Of a stretch of 64,000 nucleotides of DNA, positions 10,198 to 18,943 are shown piece after piece (the stretch's first letter is position 1; every line of letters begins with the position of its first letter). The notes beneath the pieces are model-generated. The model ran no database searches. It was not told where the DNA came from and saw only the letters and a program-made list of their open reading frames with translations. Source of the stretch: Verrucomicrobiota bacterium (GTDB lineage Bacteria > Verrucomicrobiota > Verrucomicrobiia > Limisphaerales > Palsa-1400); contig JBEKYR010000004.1 in NCBI GenBank assembly GCA_049510745.1, forward strand, positions 128,001 to 192,000, in the 5' to 3' direction. The translations under genes and the position numbers were made by a program.

Positions 10198-10648
10198 GCG
10201 TTGGCGCGCGGATTTCCGAGTGGCGGATTTGTCCGCCGAGGTTTGCCGTCCAGATCAGGATAAGGCCTACGATCACTGTTGCGAACAACATCGTGATCCC
10301 GAACCAACGAGCGGGGGTTCTGTCCCGAAAGAGAAGCAATCCGGCCAATGCGATGACGCCGAGCAGGCTGCAACCTGCCAATGCCAATGCTGCCACCGTT
10401 TGATGCCGTTCAAGAATGGTATCTACAAATCCCGGCAAGCCCTTCACGGCGCCTGACGCTGGTTTCCCCGTCAGATACAGAGGCAAAGTCAAGACGGCTG
10501 CCGCCACGATTGTTGCCAGCGCGATCTTTTGGTCTTCAGAATTGCCGCGCCACAGACCGATGATCAGCAAGACGAATGCAAAGAGAATTGCCATAATTGG
10601 CGCGTGACACAGGAGCAAATGAATGTGAGCGGCGGTGACTGTGTTCAT
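10181..10648 (-). CDS. DUF2231-like 4-TM membrane protein
   Basis: HIHLLLCHAP, YLTG, ERH, TANLGGQIRHSEIR; four hydrophobic segments. Confidence 0.65.
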   Translation of the reverse strand: MNTVTAAHIHLLLCHAPIMAILFAFVLLIIGLWRGNSEDQKIALATIVAAAVLTLPLYLTGKPASGAVKGLPGFVDTILERHQTVAALALAGCSLLGVIALAGLLLFRDRTPARWFGITMLFATVIVGLILIWTANLGGQIRHSEIRAPTPTDAR

Positions 10649-10671
10649 GAGTTATACTCGCTTCTGGTTGG

Positions 10672-11271
10672 CTAAAACTCCAGCGGCACACGGACGATCA
10701 GGCCGCCCATGACATCGCCGGTCTTGAAATCCTTCCTCGGGTTGGCGGCATTCCGATTATGGCAATCGGCACAGGCGTTGACGGTGGCCGCCTCGGCATA
10801 GACGGCGGTGAAATAACGGCGGCCGCCGAGCGATTCCCCGGCATAATAATTCGTGCCGGGATGATCGGCGACGAATCGCAAGCCGGTTTTTTCCGTGTCG
10901 GTTTCCGGTCCGTTCTTTGGATTGATCGGCCACAGGGAGCGAAGGACGTAGTGGAACTCAGCACCCTGCTGTTGAACGGCTTCGGATGCCTGGCGCAGCA
11001 TCCGGGCGTGCATGGCCATGAGGACTTCGTCCGGCCCCGGCGCGCCGCCCGGCGGGCAGGCTTGCAAGACCAGCCGGCCATAGGTTTCCTGGTCGGCGGC
11101 AATCACGGCATGAAGAGCATCGGCCATCTCCTGCGGCTTGAATGCCACCGCCGGTTCCGGCGGCGGCGGGGCCTGTTTGGCTGGTTGCTGCCCGCAACCG
11201 GCGCCGGCCAGGAAAACCAGGCCCGCCAGGGTGAAACCGGGGAAATTGGCTGCTGTTTTTATTTTGTTCAT
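10672..11271 (-). CDS. DUF3365 (Tll0287-like) monoheme lipoprotein
   Basis: Lipobox GAGC; SLWPINPKNGP...CADCH...GDVMGGLIVRVPL. Confidence 0.85.
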   Translation of the reverse strand: MNKIKTAANFPGFTLAGLVFLAGAGCGQQPAKQAPPPPEPAVAFKPQEMADALHAVIAADQETYGRLVLQACPPGGAPGPDEVLMAMHARMLRQASEAVQQQGAEFHYVLRSLWPINPKNGPETDTEKTGLRFVADHPGTNYYAGESLGGRRYFTAVYAEAATVNACADCHNRNAANPRKDFKTGDVMGGLIVRVPLEF

Positions 11272-12380
11272 GGTCTTTGTTCGTTGTTCGCTTCCGCAGG
11301 AAGGAACCGCCCGCCATGCGCTTTTAACAACTGAAGGTTTGCCTCTCGATTGCCCTGCGAGTCAAAAACAAAAATTCCGGACGCGCCGGTGAAGGAAAAG
11401 TCAATTGGAAAAGCCTCATGCGCCGGACGACCGCCGCTTTGCCGCAGTATGCGGATCAACAACGCCGCCGCGTCGTAAGCCGCCGCAGCCGTCGCGTCCG
11501 GCTCGTGGCCGAAACGCCCGCGGAAGGCGGCGGTGAAACGGTGGAACGCGGCAGTAGCATCCGGTTCCAAAACGGGGGCGGATACTACAAATCCTTCCAT
11601 GGCGTCACCCGCGGTTATCGCGAAGTCAGCCGCGCGCAACCGGCCCGGCCCGGCCAGCGTGCCGGTGAACCCGGCGGTTCGCAATGCTCTCGCCAGTTTC
11701 CCGGCCGCCGCCGGATCCAGCCAGAGCAGAACGGCGTCGGGATGAGTCGCCAGGATTTTTTTGTCAAGCCGGGCCAGGTTTGTGAACGACGGATTCAGGT
11801 CAATTATTATCTCAAGGGTGCAATCACTGTTGGTCGCGGTTTCCCCAAGGTCGCGGGCCGATTCGCGTCCGCCGCGTCCGTCGCGAACCACGGCGGTCCA
11901 ATGGCGGGCAGGGATGCGGGTGAACAGCGTTTTTGCCTCCTCGATGGTGCGGGGAACAACGCGCGCCATCCAAGGGACGCCTGTGTGACTGACAGAAGAG
12001 TCGGCACAGAGAGACATCACCGGCACAGCCGTGCGGCCGGACACCTGCAACACCAAATGCGTGGCCGCGCCATCCGGCGGCGCAATCAAGCCCAGCGCGC
12101 CGTCGTCGGTGACCATCCGGGCGGCTTCCACGCCGTCCGCGCCCCATTGCCCGGAACGTCCGCGAATCACCAGGCTCGCGCGCGGTCCGGGAGATTGATT
12201 GGCCACCTCCACACCGAGCGTCGCGCCCTCACGCAGGCCGGCGGCCTGGGGTTCCTCGGGCGGGACGAGCAGGCCGATGACGAGGTTGGGATTTTGCGCA
12301 ACCGCTTCACCCGCATGCAAACACGCCGCGCCTGCCATCAGGGCAATGGCGGCAACGGTGGAACGCGCGTTGAAGTGCAT
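11268..12380 (-). CDS. Type I periplasmic (LivJ-like) solute-binding protein
   Basis: Signal peptide, GATLGVEVAN, RVVP, AAAYDAA, FTGASGIFVFDSQGNR. Confidence 0.8.
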   Translation of the reverse strand: MHFNARSTVAAIALMAGAACLHAGEAVAQNPNLVIGLLVPPEEPQAAGLREGATLGVEVANQSPGPRASLVIRGRSGQWGADGVEAARMVTDDGALGLIAPPDGAATHLVLQVSGRTAVPVMSLCADSSVSHTGVPWMARVVPRTIEEAKTLFTRIPARHWTAVVRDGRGGRESARDLGETATNSDCTLEIIIDLNPSFTNLARLDKKILATHPDAVLLWLDPAAAGKLARALRTAGFTGTLAGPGRLRAADFAITAGDAMEGFVVSAPVLEPDATAAFHRFTAAFRGRFGHEPDATAAAAYDAAALLIRILRQSGGRPAHEAFPIDFSFTGASGIFVFDSQGNREANLQLLKAHGGRFLPAEANNEQRP

Positions 12381-12383
12381 CCC

Positions 12384-13763
12384 TTACTTCGCCGCGGTCT
12401 TGACCGGCTTTGAGGTCGGCTCCGGGAAGTAATGCCAGCGGCCTTGCCGGTATTCGGCATAGACAATCGGCGCGATGTTGTCCCAGCGGCCGTCAAAGCG
12501 CATGTGACCGGTCACGCCGTTGTATTCGTCCGTGGCGGCCATCACGTCGCGGATGCGGTAGCGGTTCGGCCCGGCCTTCTTGATCGCGGCGATGAGCATT
12601 TGCGCGCCGTCGTAGCTGAAACCGGCGTAGATATCCGGCTTGATGCCGTAACGCTTTTCGAAGCGCGCCACAAAACCCGTCCACGCCGGGTCGGTTTTGT
12701 CCGGGTCGAAAAAGTAGGCTGCGGATGTTCCTTCCGCCGCCAAGCCGGCGAGTTTGACGAAATCCGGGTCCACGAGCCGGTCAAAGCCGTAGAACGCGGC
12801 CTTCACGCCCACCGCCCGCAGTTGCGCGGCCGCCGGGCCGGTCTCGGCGGCATTGCCCCAAAAGACGACGGCCTGAGGGTTCGCCTGTTTGATGACGGCC
12901 ACCTGCGTGTCGAACGTGCGGTCGCCGTCCTTGAAATTGATTTCCTGCAACACCGGATGGCCCAGCCGGCGCACGGCGTCCACAAAGGGCCGGACGCCCA
13001 TGCGGCCGGGACGGCTGTTGCCACGCAGCACCACGATGTTGGTCAGCCCGCGCTCCTCCACCATCAGCCGGGCCAGCAGATAACCCTGCTGCCGGTTGTC
13101 GGGAAAAACGCGCAACAGCCAGGGAATCTGCGTCTCGGTCAGCGAGGGATCGGGGTCGGAACAATTCACCATGAACGTCTCGATTTTCAACACCGCGCGG
13201 AGCGCGACGTGGGTGGCGTCGCCGTCAATCGTGCCGAGGAATGCCAGCACATTAGTGTCGGCGAATTCGACCGCGATGTTCGCGGCGCTGCCCCACTGCG
13301 GCGAGTCGGCTTTGGCGATAAGCTCGAAAGGCAGTTCGCCGGGCTGGCGCGCGGCATTGGCTTCCTCGAGGGCCAGCGTGACACCGCGTTTGGTCATTTC
13401 GCCGCGCGCGGCTTCCGGGCCATCGGGTGCCGGACTGAGCAGCCCGACCCGGAGCGTTTTCAAGTCGGGCGGAGCGGGATAATCCCGGCCTGGCCCGTAG
13501 AAATTCAGGCGCGTCAGCCAGTAACGGTAATAAGGTTCGATGTTGCGATAGGGCAACATTTCCTCCGGCACGTTTCCGTAGAAGGGATAGACACCTCCGT
13601 AGAACGGATAGCCCTTGTCGGGCTTCTGCGCTGCTGGCGCGCCTGGCGGCAGGACCGGTTCGGCGATATAGTTGGTGTTGGTATCCTCCTTGTCTTCGTA
13701 GGCGCACCAACCGGCCGGCGCGACGGCCAGCGCACAGATCGCCATCAGGAATACTTTTTTCAT
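12384..13763 (-). CDS. Type I periplasmic (LivJ-like) solute-binding protein with N-terminal extension
   Basis: Signal peptide, LALEEANA, DPSLTETQIPWLLRVFPDNRQQG, FSYDG, GVTGHMRFD. Confidence 0.85.
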   Translation of the reverse strand: MKKVFLMAICALAVAPAGWCAYEDKEDTNTNYIAEPVLPPGAPAAQKPDKGYPFYGGVYPFYGNVPEEMLPYRNIEPYYRYWLTRLNFYGPGRDYPAPPDLKTLRVGLLSPAPDGPEAARGEMTKRGVTLALEEANAARQPGELPFELIAKADSPQWGSAANIAVEFADTNVLAFLGTIDGDATHVALRAVLKIETFMVNCSDPDPSLTETQIPWLLRVFPDNRQQGYLLARLMVEERGLTNIVVLRGNSRPGRMGVRPFVDAVRRLGHPVLQEINFKDGDRTFDTQVAVIKQANPQAVVFWGNAAETGPAAAQLRAVGVKAAFYGFDRLVDPDFVKLAGLAAEGTSAAYFFDPDKTDPAWTGFVARFEKRYGIKPDIYAGFSYDGAQMLIAAIKKAGPNRYRIRDVMAATDEYNGVTGHMRFDGRWDNIAPIVYAEYRQGRWHYFPEPTSKPVKTAAK

Positions 13764-13772
13764 GGATGCCTC

Positions 13773-14381
13773 CTATCCAACGAGAATGGCAATGGCTTCA
13801 ATTTCCACGAGCAGATCACTCCGGCAAAGTCTCCCCTGAACCCCGGTGCTGGCCGGGAACGGATCCAGTCCCAGCGCGCGGTAAAACTCGTTGCGGATGG
13901 AATTGAACTCGCCGTAGTCGCGCTCGATGTCGCGGATGTAGCAGGTCGTTCGGACGACGTCATGCCAGGTGGCTCCCTGGCTTTCGAGCAGCCCGGTCAG
14001 GTTGTGATAGGTGCGCCAGAGTTGGGCGCGGAAATCGCCGGGATACATCGTCTCGCCATCCGGGCCGACGCTGGCGGTGCCACTGAAGTAAAGTTGCGTG
14101 ATGCCGCCGGGCAGGTCCACGCGCAGGCCGCGCACGAAGGCCGCGCCATATTCCGGGGCTTCGTTCAAGACCTTCGGCTCGGCGATGGCTTTCTTGCCGA
14201 CCGGGGTCCGGCCTTTTGGCAAACGCTTGATGGCGCGGGGAGGGGATGGCTCGCAGGGAGGCAGCCCGAGCGCGCGGCGCTCAATTTTTTCCGCGTCGGA
14301 ATAGTTGACAACCCGGTCCGCTTGACTGCCGGGAATGACAAAGTTCGTTTTCATAATGTTCGTTGACCTTTCTTGAATCAT
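13773..14381 (-). CDS. Rid/YjgF-superfamily protein, FkbO/Hyg5-like subgroup
   Basis: FSGTASV, GDFRAQ, VVRTTCYIRD, PASTGV, LCRSDLLVEIEAIA. Confidence 0.8.
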   Translation of the reverse strand: MIQERSTNIMKTNFVIPGSQADRVVNYSDAEKIERRALGLPPCEPSPPRAIKRLPKGRTPVGKKAIAEPKVLNEAPEYGAAFVRGLRVDLPGGITQLYFSGTASVGPDGETMYPGDFRAQLWRTYHNLTGLLESQGATWHDVVRTTCYIRDIERDYGEFNSIRNEFYRALGLDPFPASTGVQGRLCRSDLLVEIEAIAILVG

Positions 14382-14383
14382 CG

Positions 14384-15526
14384 TTATTTGGCGTCCGCGA
14401 CCTTGGCGGGTTTCGGCGGAGCCGCGAAATAGGCGCGCGACAGCCCGTCGGAAGTGGCGAACCAGGCTTCGTGGTCGTCCACCCAGATGCCGAGGACAAA
14501 ATCATTCGGCAGCTTCGTGGACATCGTCCGTGTCTCGACGGTCTGGCCCGGGCGCGTGATTTCAACGATGCCTTCGCCCTTTTCGTTGGTGCGATAATTG
14601 ACCCAGGTGTCGCCGTCGGTCACGGAAAGGCCGCGGTCGGTGCCCACCCAGGCGACACGGCCATGCGGCCAGATGAAGTTGACGAAATTGGAGACGAGCG
14701 GCGATTTTTTCTCCTCCCAGGTGCGCCAGCGCGAGCCGTCGTAGCGCGCCATGCCAAAATAGGTGGCCTGCCAGAGAATGCCGTCCTCCCAGGCTACCCA
14801 GGAAGTGATGTCGCTAATCGGGCCGGCGTCATGCACCAACTCGAAATGAAAATCGCGGTCGGGGTCGCGGTGTTCCTTGAAAATCTTATTGGCCAGTTCG
14901 TATTCGAGAATGCCGCCGCCCCACACCCCCACGAAGATGCGGTCTTTCGCGCCTTTCACCGCATAGACCCACGGCTCGTGCATGACCGTGTTGCTCTGGT
15001 CAAAGATGGACCATTCCCCGGTCTTGAGATTCAATGCTCCCAAGCCCGCAGCGGTGGCGACCCAGAGCGTGTCGTCCAGGATGTCCACTCCATAAACCAC
15101 GTTGTTCGGCAGGCCGCTGTCGGTTTGCAGATAGCTGGTGATGCGTCCGGCGCTGTAGCGATTCAACCCGCGCATCGTGCCGATCCACATGTCGCCGGTG
15201 CGCTTGTCTTCCACCATGCACAAAACCATCTTGTGGCTCAGGCCGTCTTCGAAGCCGATGCGGCGAAACTTTCCGTCCTCGCGCACCAAGACGCCGTTGT
15301 AGGTGCCTACCCAGAGCTTGCCATCGCTGGCGCGCAAGACGCAGTGGGCCTTGTGGGTGGGCATTCCGTCCTTCATCTGGAAGTTTTCAAACCGGTCAAT
15401 CAACGGGAAGGGCAGGTCGTCCGTGCCCGTTGCCGCGGCGCGGACGCAGGGCGCGACCAGGAACAGGCAGAACGCCAACCCGGCCGTGAGGATTAGTGAA
15501 CTTAACTTGGTTTTCATGGTATGCAT
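14384..15526 (-). CDS. Secreted beta-propeller (two-component regulator propeller repeats), no kinase domain
   Basis: Signal peptide; repeated LWVGT/MWIGT/GLSHK/GLPNN/LPNDFV blades. Confidence 0.75.
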   Translation of the reverse strand: MHTMKTKLSSLILTAGLAFCLFLVAPCVRAAATGTDDLPFPLIDRFENFQMKDGMPTHKAHCVLRASDGKLWVGTYNGVLVREDGKFRRIGFEDGLSHKMVLCMVEDKRTGDMWIGTMRGLNRYSAGRITSYLQTDSGLPNNVVYGVDILDDTLWVATAAGLGALNLKTGEWSIFDQSNTVMHEPWVYAVKGAKDRIFVGVWGGGILEYELANKIFKEHRDPDRDFHFELVHDAGPISDITSWVAWEDGILWQATYFGMARYDGSRWRTWEEKKSPLVSNFVNFIWPHGRVAWVGTDRGLSVTDGDTWVNYRTNEKGEGIVEITRPGQTVETRTMSTKLPNDFVLGIWVDDHEAWFATSDGLSRAYFAAPPKPAKVADAK

Positions 15527-15536
15527 TCCTCCGGGT

Positions 15537-17483
15537 TTACAGTGTTTTCAGAAAGTCGATCAAATCGTTGAGCTGGATTTTGTTCATATAACTGCTCACG
15601 CCGTGCATGTCGTTCGTATTGTAGGTGGTCCAGAGTTCCTCCAGTGTCTGGGCCCGGCCGTCGTGAAGATACGGCGCGGTGGTGGCGATGCCCAACAGGT
15701 GCGGGGTGTCGAACATCCCTCCGGTGCCCACATCGAAAGAGAGCCGCACCGAGTAAAGCGGCGGACGATGGCAGGTCGAGCACCGGCGTTCCTGCGGAAT
15801 CTCCTTGCCGTCCGGGGTCCTGGTGGCGAAGAAAATCGCGTTGCCGCGTTCTTGCGCCGGCGTCAACCTTCCATCCGCGCTCCTTGCGACGCGCGACGGC
15901 GGCAGTGACTTGATGAATGTCGTCAAGTCCCGCAAATCTCCCGGCGGAATCGGGTCGGTGCGCATCAACACCCGGGCGAATCGCGGGCCGCACTGCACTT
16001 CGAGGCTGGGATTTTTCCCGTTCCACTTGAACGGCTCGGTTCCGGCCACGCCCATCAGACTGCGGTTGTCCAGCAGGTTGTCGCCAATGCCGCTGGTGTC
16101 AAAATCATAACTGAGGCCGTCCACGTGGCCGTCGGGATGGCAGGAGCGGCAGGAAAACTGATTCTGGAACGTGTAACCCGCCTTCGTGAAAACCCTCTCA
16201 CCACGCCGGATCGGGTCGTTCAATCCGCCGTCGCCCAACACGATCCGGCCCCGCGCGCACAGGCTCCTGGCGTCCAACACGAGGATGCTGTCGGCAAGCC
16301 GCTCCGCAACGAACAGCGTGCCGCCATCCGGGCTGATCGCCAGTTGCTTCGGATTGCGGCGGGTGGGAATGCGGGCCGTGACGTATTCGGGTGAAAGCGA
16401 AAGGTCGTAAACCGCCTCCCGTTTCGTGGCCGGGTCCGCTTTTTCCAGCCAGGCCGCCAGTTTCTCCAAGTCCACGACCGTGACCACGTCGCCGCCGCCG
16501 GAGGCGATGAAGGCGCGGCGGCCAGCCGGGTCCGTCACGACTGCCGACGGATCGGCAAAATAATTGTTTGCCTCGTCGAGCGGCATCTGGATGACCGTGC
16601 CGGTTTTGATGTCCGTGACCGCCAGTCCGCTGGACATCACCCAGCCGCCGGCCACCTGCGTGATGGGGACAAGATTGCGCACCTTGACCAGCGACGTCAG
16701 CATCCATGGCCGCGAGGGCACGGCGCAAACGCCTTCCGACAGATGGGCCGAATCCAATGATTCGCGCCGCACCGTGCGCGCTGTCATCGGGTCAATCTCG
16801 GTGATTTCCGACGCGGGACCTGCCATAACCGGGCCCAGTCTGACCAAGCGGTTGGCGGCGAAAGCGCGAGTTCCGTCCGGAGTGATGGCCACGGCATACG
16901 GCTGGCGTCCGGCCAGGGGCCGGCCCAGTTCCTGCAATGGCGAGACGGAAAGCACCGAAATGTCATCCGACATGGAATTGGCCACCACAAGCCGGTCGCC
17001 GGACGCTGTGCGGCAAAAGGCCACCGCCACAGGCCCCATTCCCACCGGCGCCGACGCGGTTTCGCTCAAAGTTTGCGTGTCCAGCACCGCCAGGCGGTCG
17101 CCGTCCCGGCAGGTGACGAAGAGGCTTTTGCCCGCCGCATCCAAAGCCAGTCCGAATGGCCGGCCCGCCACTTTGGCCCGGCGGAGCACCTTCCGCGAGG
17201 CAATGTCCGCCTCGGCCACTTCATCGCGATCATCAAGGGCGATGTAAATCTTCTTTCCGTCCGGCGAAACCGCCAGGCCGGCAGGGGCATCGTGGTGGGG
17301 CCTGGGTTTCGCCCACGGAAGACGGGCAGTTGAAACGAAATGGCAGTTGAAACAGGTGACCTTCGCGAGGTCTTTTTGACCCGACATCCGCCGCATGTGA
17401 TCTGTCCAGTCGTGCTTAAGCCCAAGACCCGGCCCGACAAATCCCGCCAAGATCAATGCGAATGAAACGCAGCGTCTTTTCAT
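15537..17483 (-). CDS. YVTN beta-propeller fused to a di-heme cytochrome c peroxidase-like domain (hydrazine synthase beta/gamma-like), 3 CxxCH
   Basis: CFNCH near the N-terminus; propeller blades (PAGLAVSPDG, PFGLAL, PYAVAITPDG, PKQLAISPDG); GERVF...CRSCH, PFKWNG, GNAIFF...CSTCH, DTPHL...TAPYLHDG. Confidence 0.8.
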   Translation of the reverse strand: MKRRCVSFALILAGFVGPGLGLKHDWTDHMRRMSGQKDLAKVTCFNCHFVSTARLPWAKPRPHHDAPAGLAVSPDGKKIYIALDDRDEVAEADIASRKVLRRAKVAGRPFGLALDAAGKSLFVTCRDGDRLAVLDTQTLSETASAPVGMGPVAVAFCRTASGDRLVVANSMSDDISVLSVSPLQELGRPLAGRQPYAVAITPDGTRAFAANRLVRLGPVMAGPASEITEIDPMTARTVRRESLDSAHLSEGVCAVPSRPWMLTSLVKVRNLVPITQVAGGWVMSSGLAVTDIKTGTVIQMPLDEANNYFADPSAVVTDPAGRRAFIASGGGDVVTVVDLEKLAAWLEKADPATKREAVYDLSLSPEYVTARIPTRRNPKQLAISPDGGTLFVAERLADSILVLDARSLCARGRIVLGDGGLNDPIRRGERVFTKAGYTFQNQFSCRSCHPDGHVDGLSYDFDTSGIGDNLLDNRSLMGVAGTEPFKWNGKNPSLEVQCGPRFARVLMRTDPIPPGDLRDLTTFIKSLPPSRVARSADGRLTPAQERGNAIFFATRTPDGKEIPQERRCSTCHRPPLYSVRLSFDVGTGGMFDTPHLLGIATTAPYLHDGRAQTLEELWTTYNTNDMHGVSSYMNKIQLNDLIDFLKTL

Positions 17484-18943
17484 TTCTCAGATTTGGCCTT
17501 GGCCAGCTTTGCCGTTTCCAAACTCAGGCACGGCACAGGCGCGTTCACGGCCAGCGGGCGATGGTTGTGCGGAGCGCGATTGGGAGGTGGGTGACAGCCG
17601 ATGCAGGAGCGGTTTTCGCCCGGACGCACCCACATGAAGGGACGCTGCCGCCGAAGGGTTCGTCCGCTTTCGCCAATCACTTCAAAGCCCAAAGGCATAT
17701 CCGCCGGCACTTCGGCGAGAAATGAGCCGTCGGCTTGCACCGGAACCTCTCCGAGCGGCCGGACAATTCCCGGCGAGATCTCCGCGGTCACACGGACGCG
17801 AGTTGCCGAAGGCGGCGGCCCATCATTGTCAGAAGAGTCCCGCGTGAAGTTCGCGTCGAGACAAAGAATTTTTCCGGTCCGCTTTGTGAAATCCAGAGTT
17901 GAAAGCCGTCCCAGGGGCGGGCGATGAGCAGAGACTTCGACCGCCTCCAGAAAGCCCCACTTCGGATCGGCAACGAGTGGCGCGCCTAAAGTGGTGGCGC
18001 TTGCGCTGAGGCGGAACACCGCCGGTAAAGTCCAATTGCCCGGCAGCCCCGCGGCGCAAGCCAGGAAATCCTCATCGCCGGCCGGTTGCACCGACAGGAG
18101 ACGCGCCATCACGTTCGAGAGCAACAGCGAACCATCCTGGCAAGGTCGTGCCATGCGGACGAATTCCGCCAGACCCTCCGGCGAACCGGAGCCGGCTTTG
18201 GGAACGAGGAAGGCAACCCGACCGCCGGAAATCTGACGGGGTTGTGCCATCAGTGACACCGGAAGTTTTTGTTCGGCGAACTCTGTAATCTCCGTGCCGT
18301 CGTTGTTGATCGTGTAAAGCGCGCATTCAGGCGCGGAGCCCGGCGACGGACTTTGCAGGGCGGCGAACAGAATTCTGCCATCCGAGAGCACCGTGGAGTC
18401 GAGGACCGGACTCGAACCGAACGTGAGCTGGCGGGGCTGGCCGCCCGGCGATTGCACGAACAGCGCCGACGGGCGCCGGCTTGCTTTTGCGCCATCGATT
18501 TTGGGCACCGGTGAAATGAAAACGAGACTCCCGTTGGGCAAGAGTGTCGGACTCATGGCGCCGCCAGGCATCGAGGTCAAAACGCGCGGACCCCAGCCTG
18601 CCAATAGCGTTTCATAAATTTGCCAGTCGCTTGCGGCTGTGGCCTTGCCGACGAAGAAAATGCGCTCTCCGTCATACGAAACAACCGGACTGCCGGCGGC
18701 AACGAGAGATTCCGAAAGGATTTTCTCGTGTCTTGCGTCAAAAGGCGCTTCCCGGAGAACCACGCGGCTGCCGATTGGATAACGCGCCTCGAGAACATCC
18801 GTTGCCGGATGAATTGCGGCCGAAGCCGGCGCCTTCGTCAAAACCAGCGAGCCGGATGGCGCGGGCCGGTCGCATCCGGCGCCAACGAGAAGGAGCAGAC
18901 CAACGGCAGAGCATTCGATTTGGGAAATACGTTCCGCTTTCAC
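17480..18943 (-). CDS. Lipoprotein with TolB-like propeller and hydrazine synthase alpha middle domain
   Basis: Lipobox GAGC; LSDGRILF, YTINNDGT; LGEVPVQADGSFLAEVPADMPLGF...WVRPGENRSCIGCH is the pattern I recognise for the HZS alpha middle domain. Confidence 0.8.
   Translation of the reverse strand: MKAERISQIECSAVGLLLLVGAGCDRPAPSGSLVLTKAPASAAIHPATDVLEARYPIGSRVVLREAPFDARHEKILSESLVAAGSPVVSYDGERIFFVGKATAASDWQIYETLLAGWGPRVLTSMPGGAMSPTLLPNGSLVFISPVPKIDGAKASRRPSALFVQSPGGQPRQLTFGSSPVLDSTVLSDGRILFAALQSPSPGSAPECALYTINNDGTEITEFAEQKLPVSLMAQPRQISGGRVAFLVPKAGSGSPEGLAEFVRMARPCQDGSLLLSNVMARLLSVQPAGDEDFLACAAGLPGNWTLPAVFRLSASATTLGAPLVADPKWGFLEAVEVSAHRPPLGRLSTLDFTKRTGKILCLDANFTRDSSDNDGPPPSATRVRVTAEISPGIVRPLGEVPVQADGSFLAEVPADMPLGFEVIGESGRTLRRQRPFMWVRPGENRSCIGCHPPPNRAPHNHRPLAVNAPVPCLSLETAKLAKAKSEK

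Noticed and set aside
12432..14366. 644-aa plus-strand ORF
   Set aside because: Antisense shadow of the binding-protein and Rid genes; no motifs; expected in high-GC DNA.
15537..18943. Calling these genes hzsA/hzsB/hzsC or inferring anammox
   Set aside because: The alpha-like chain lacks the C-terminal cytochrome, no HAO/HDH octaheme gene is in the window, and these domains occur outside anammox bacteria.
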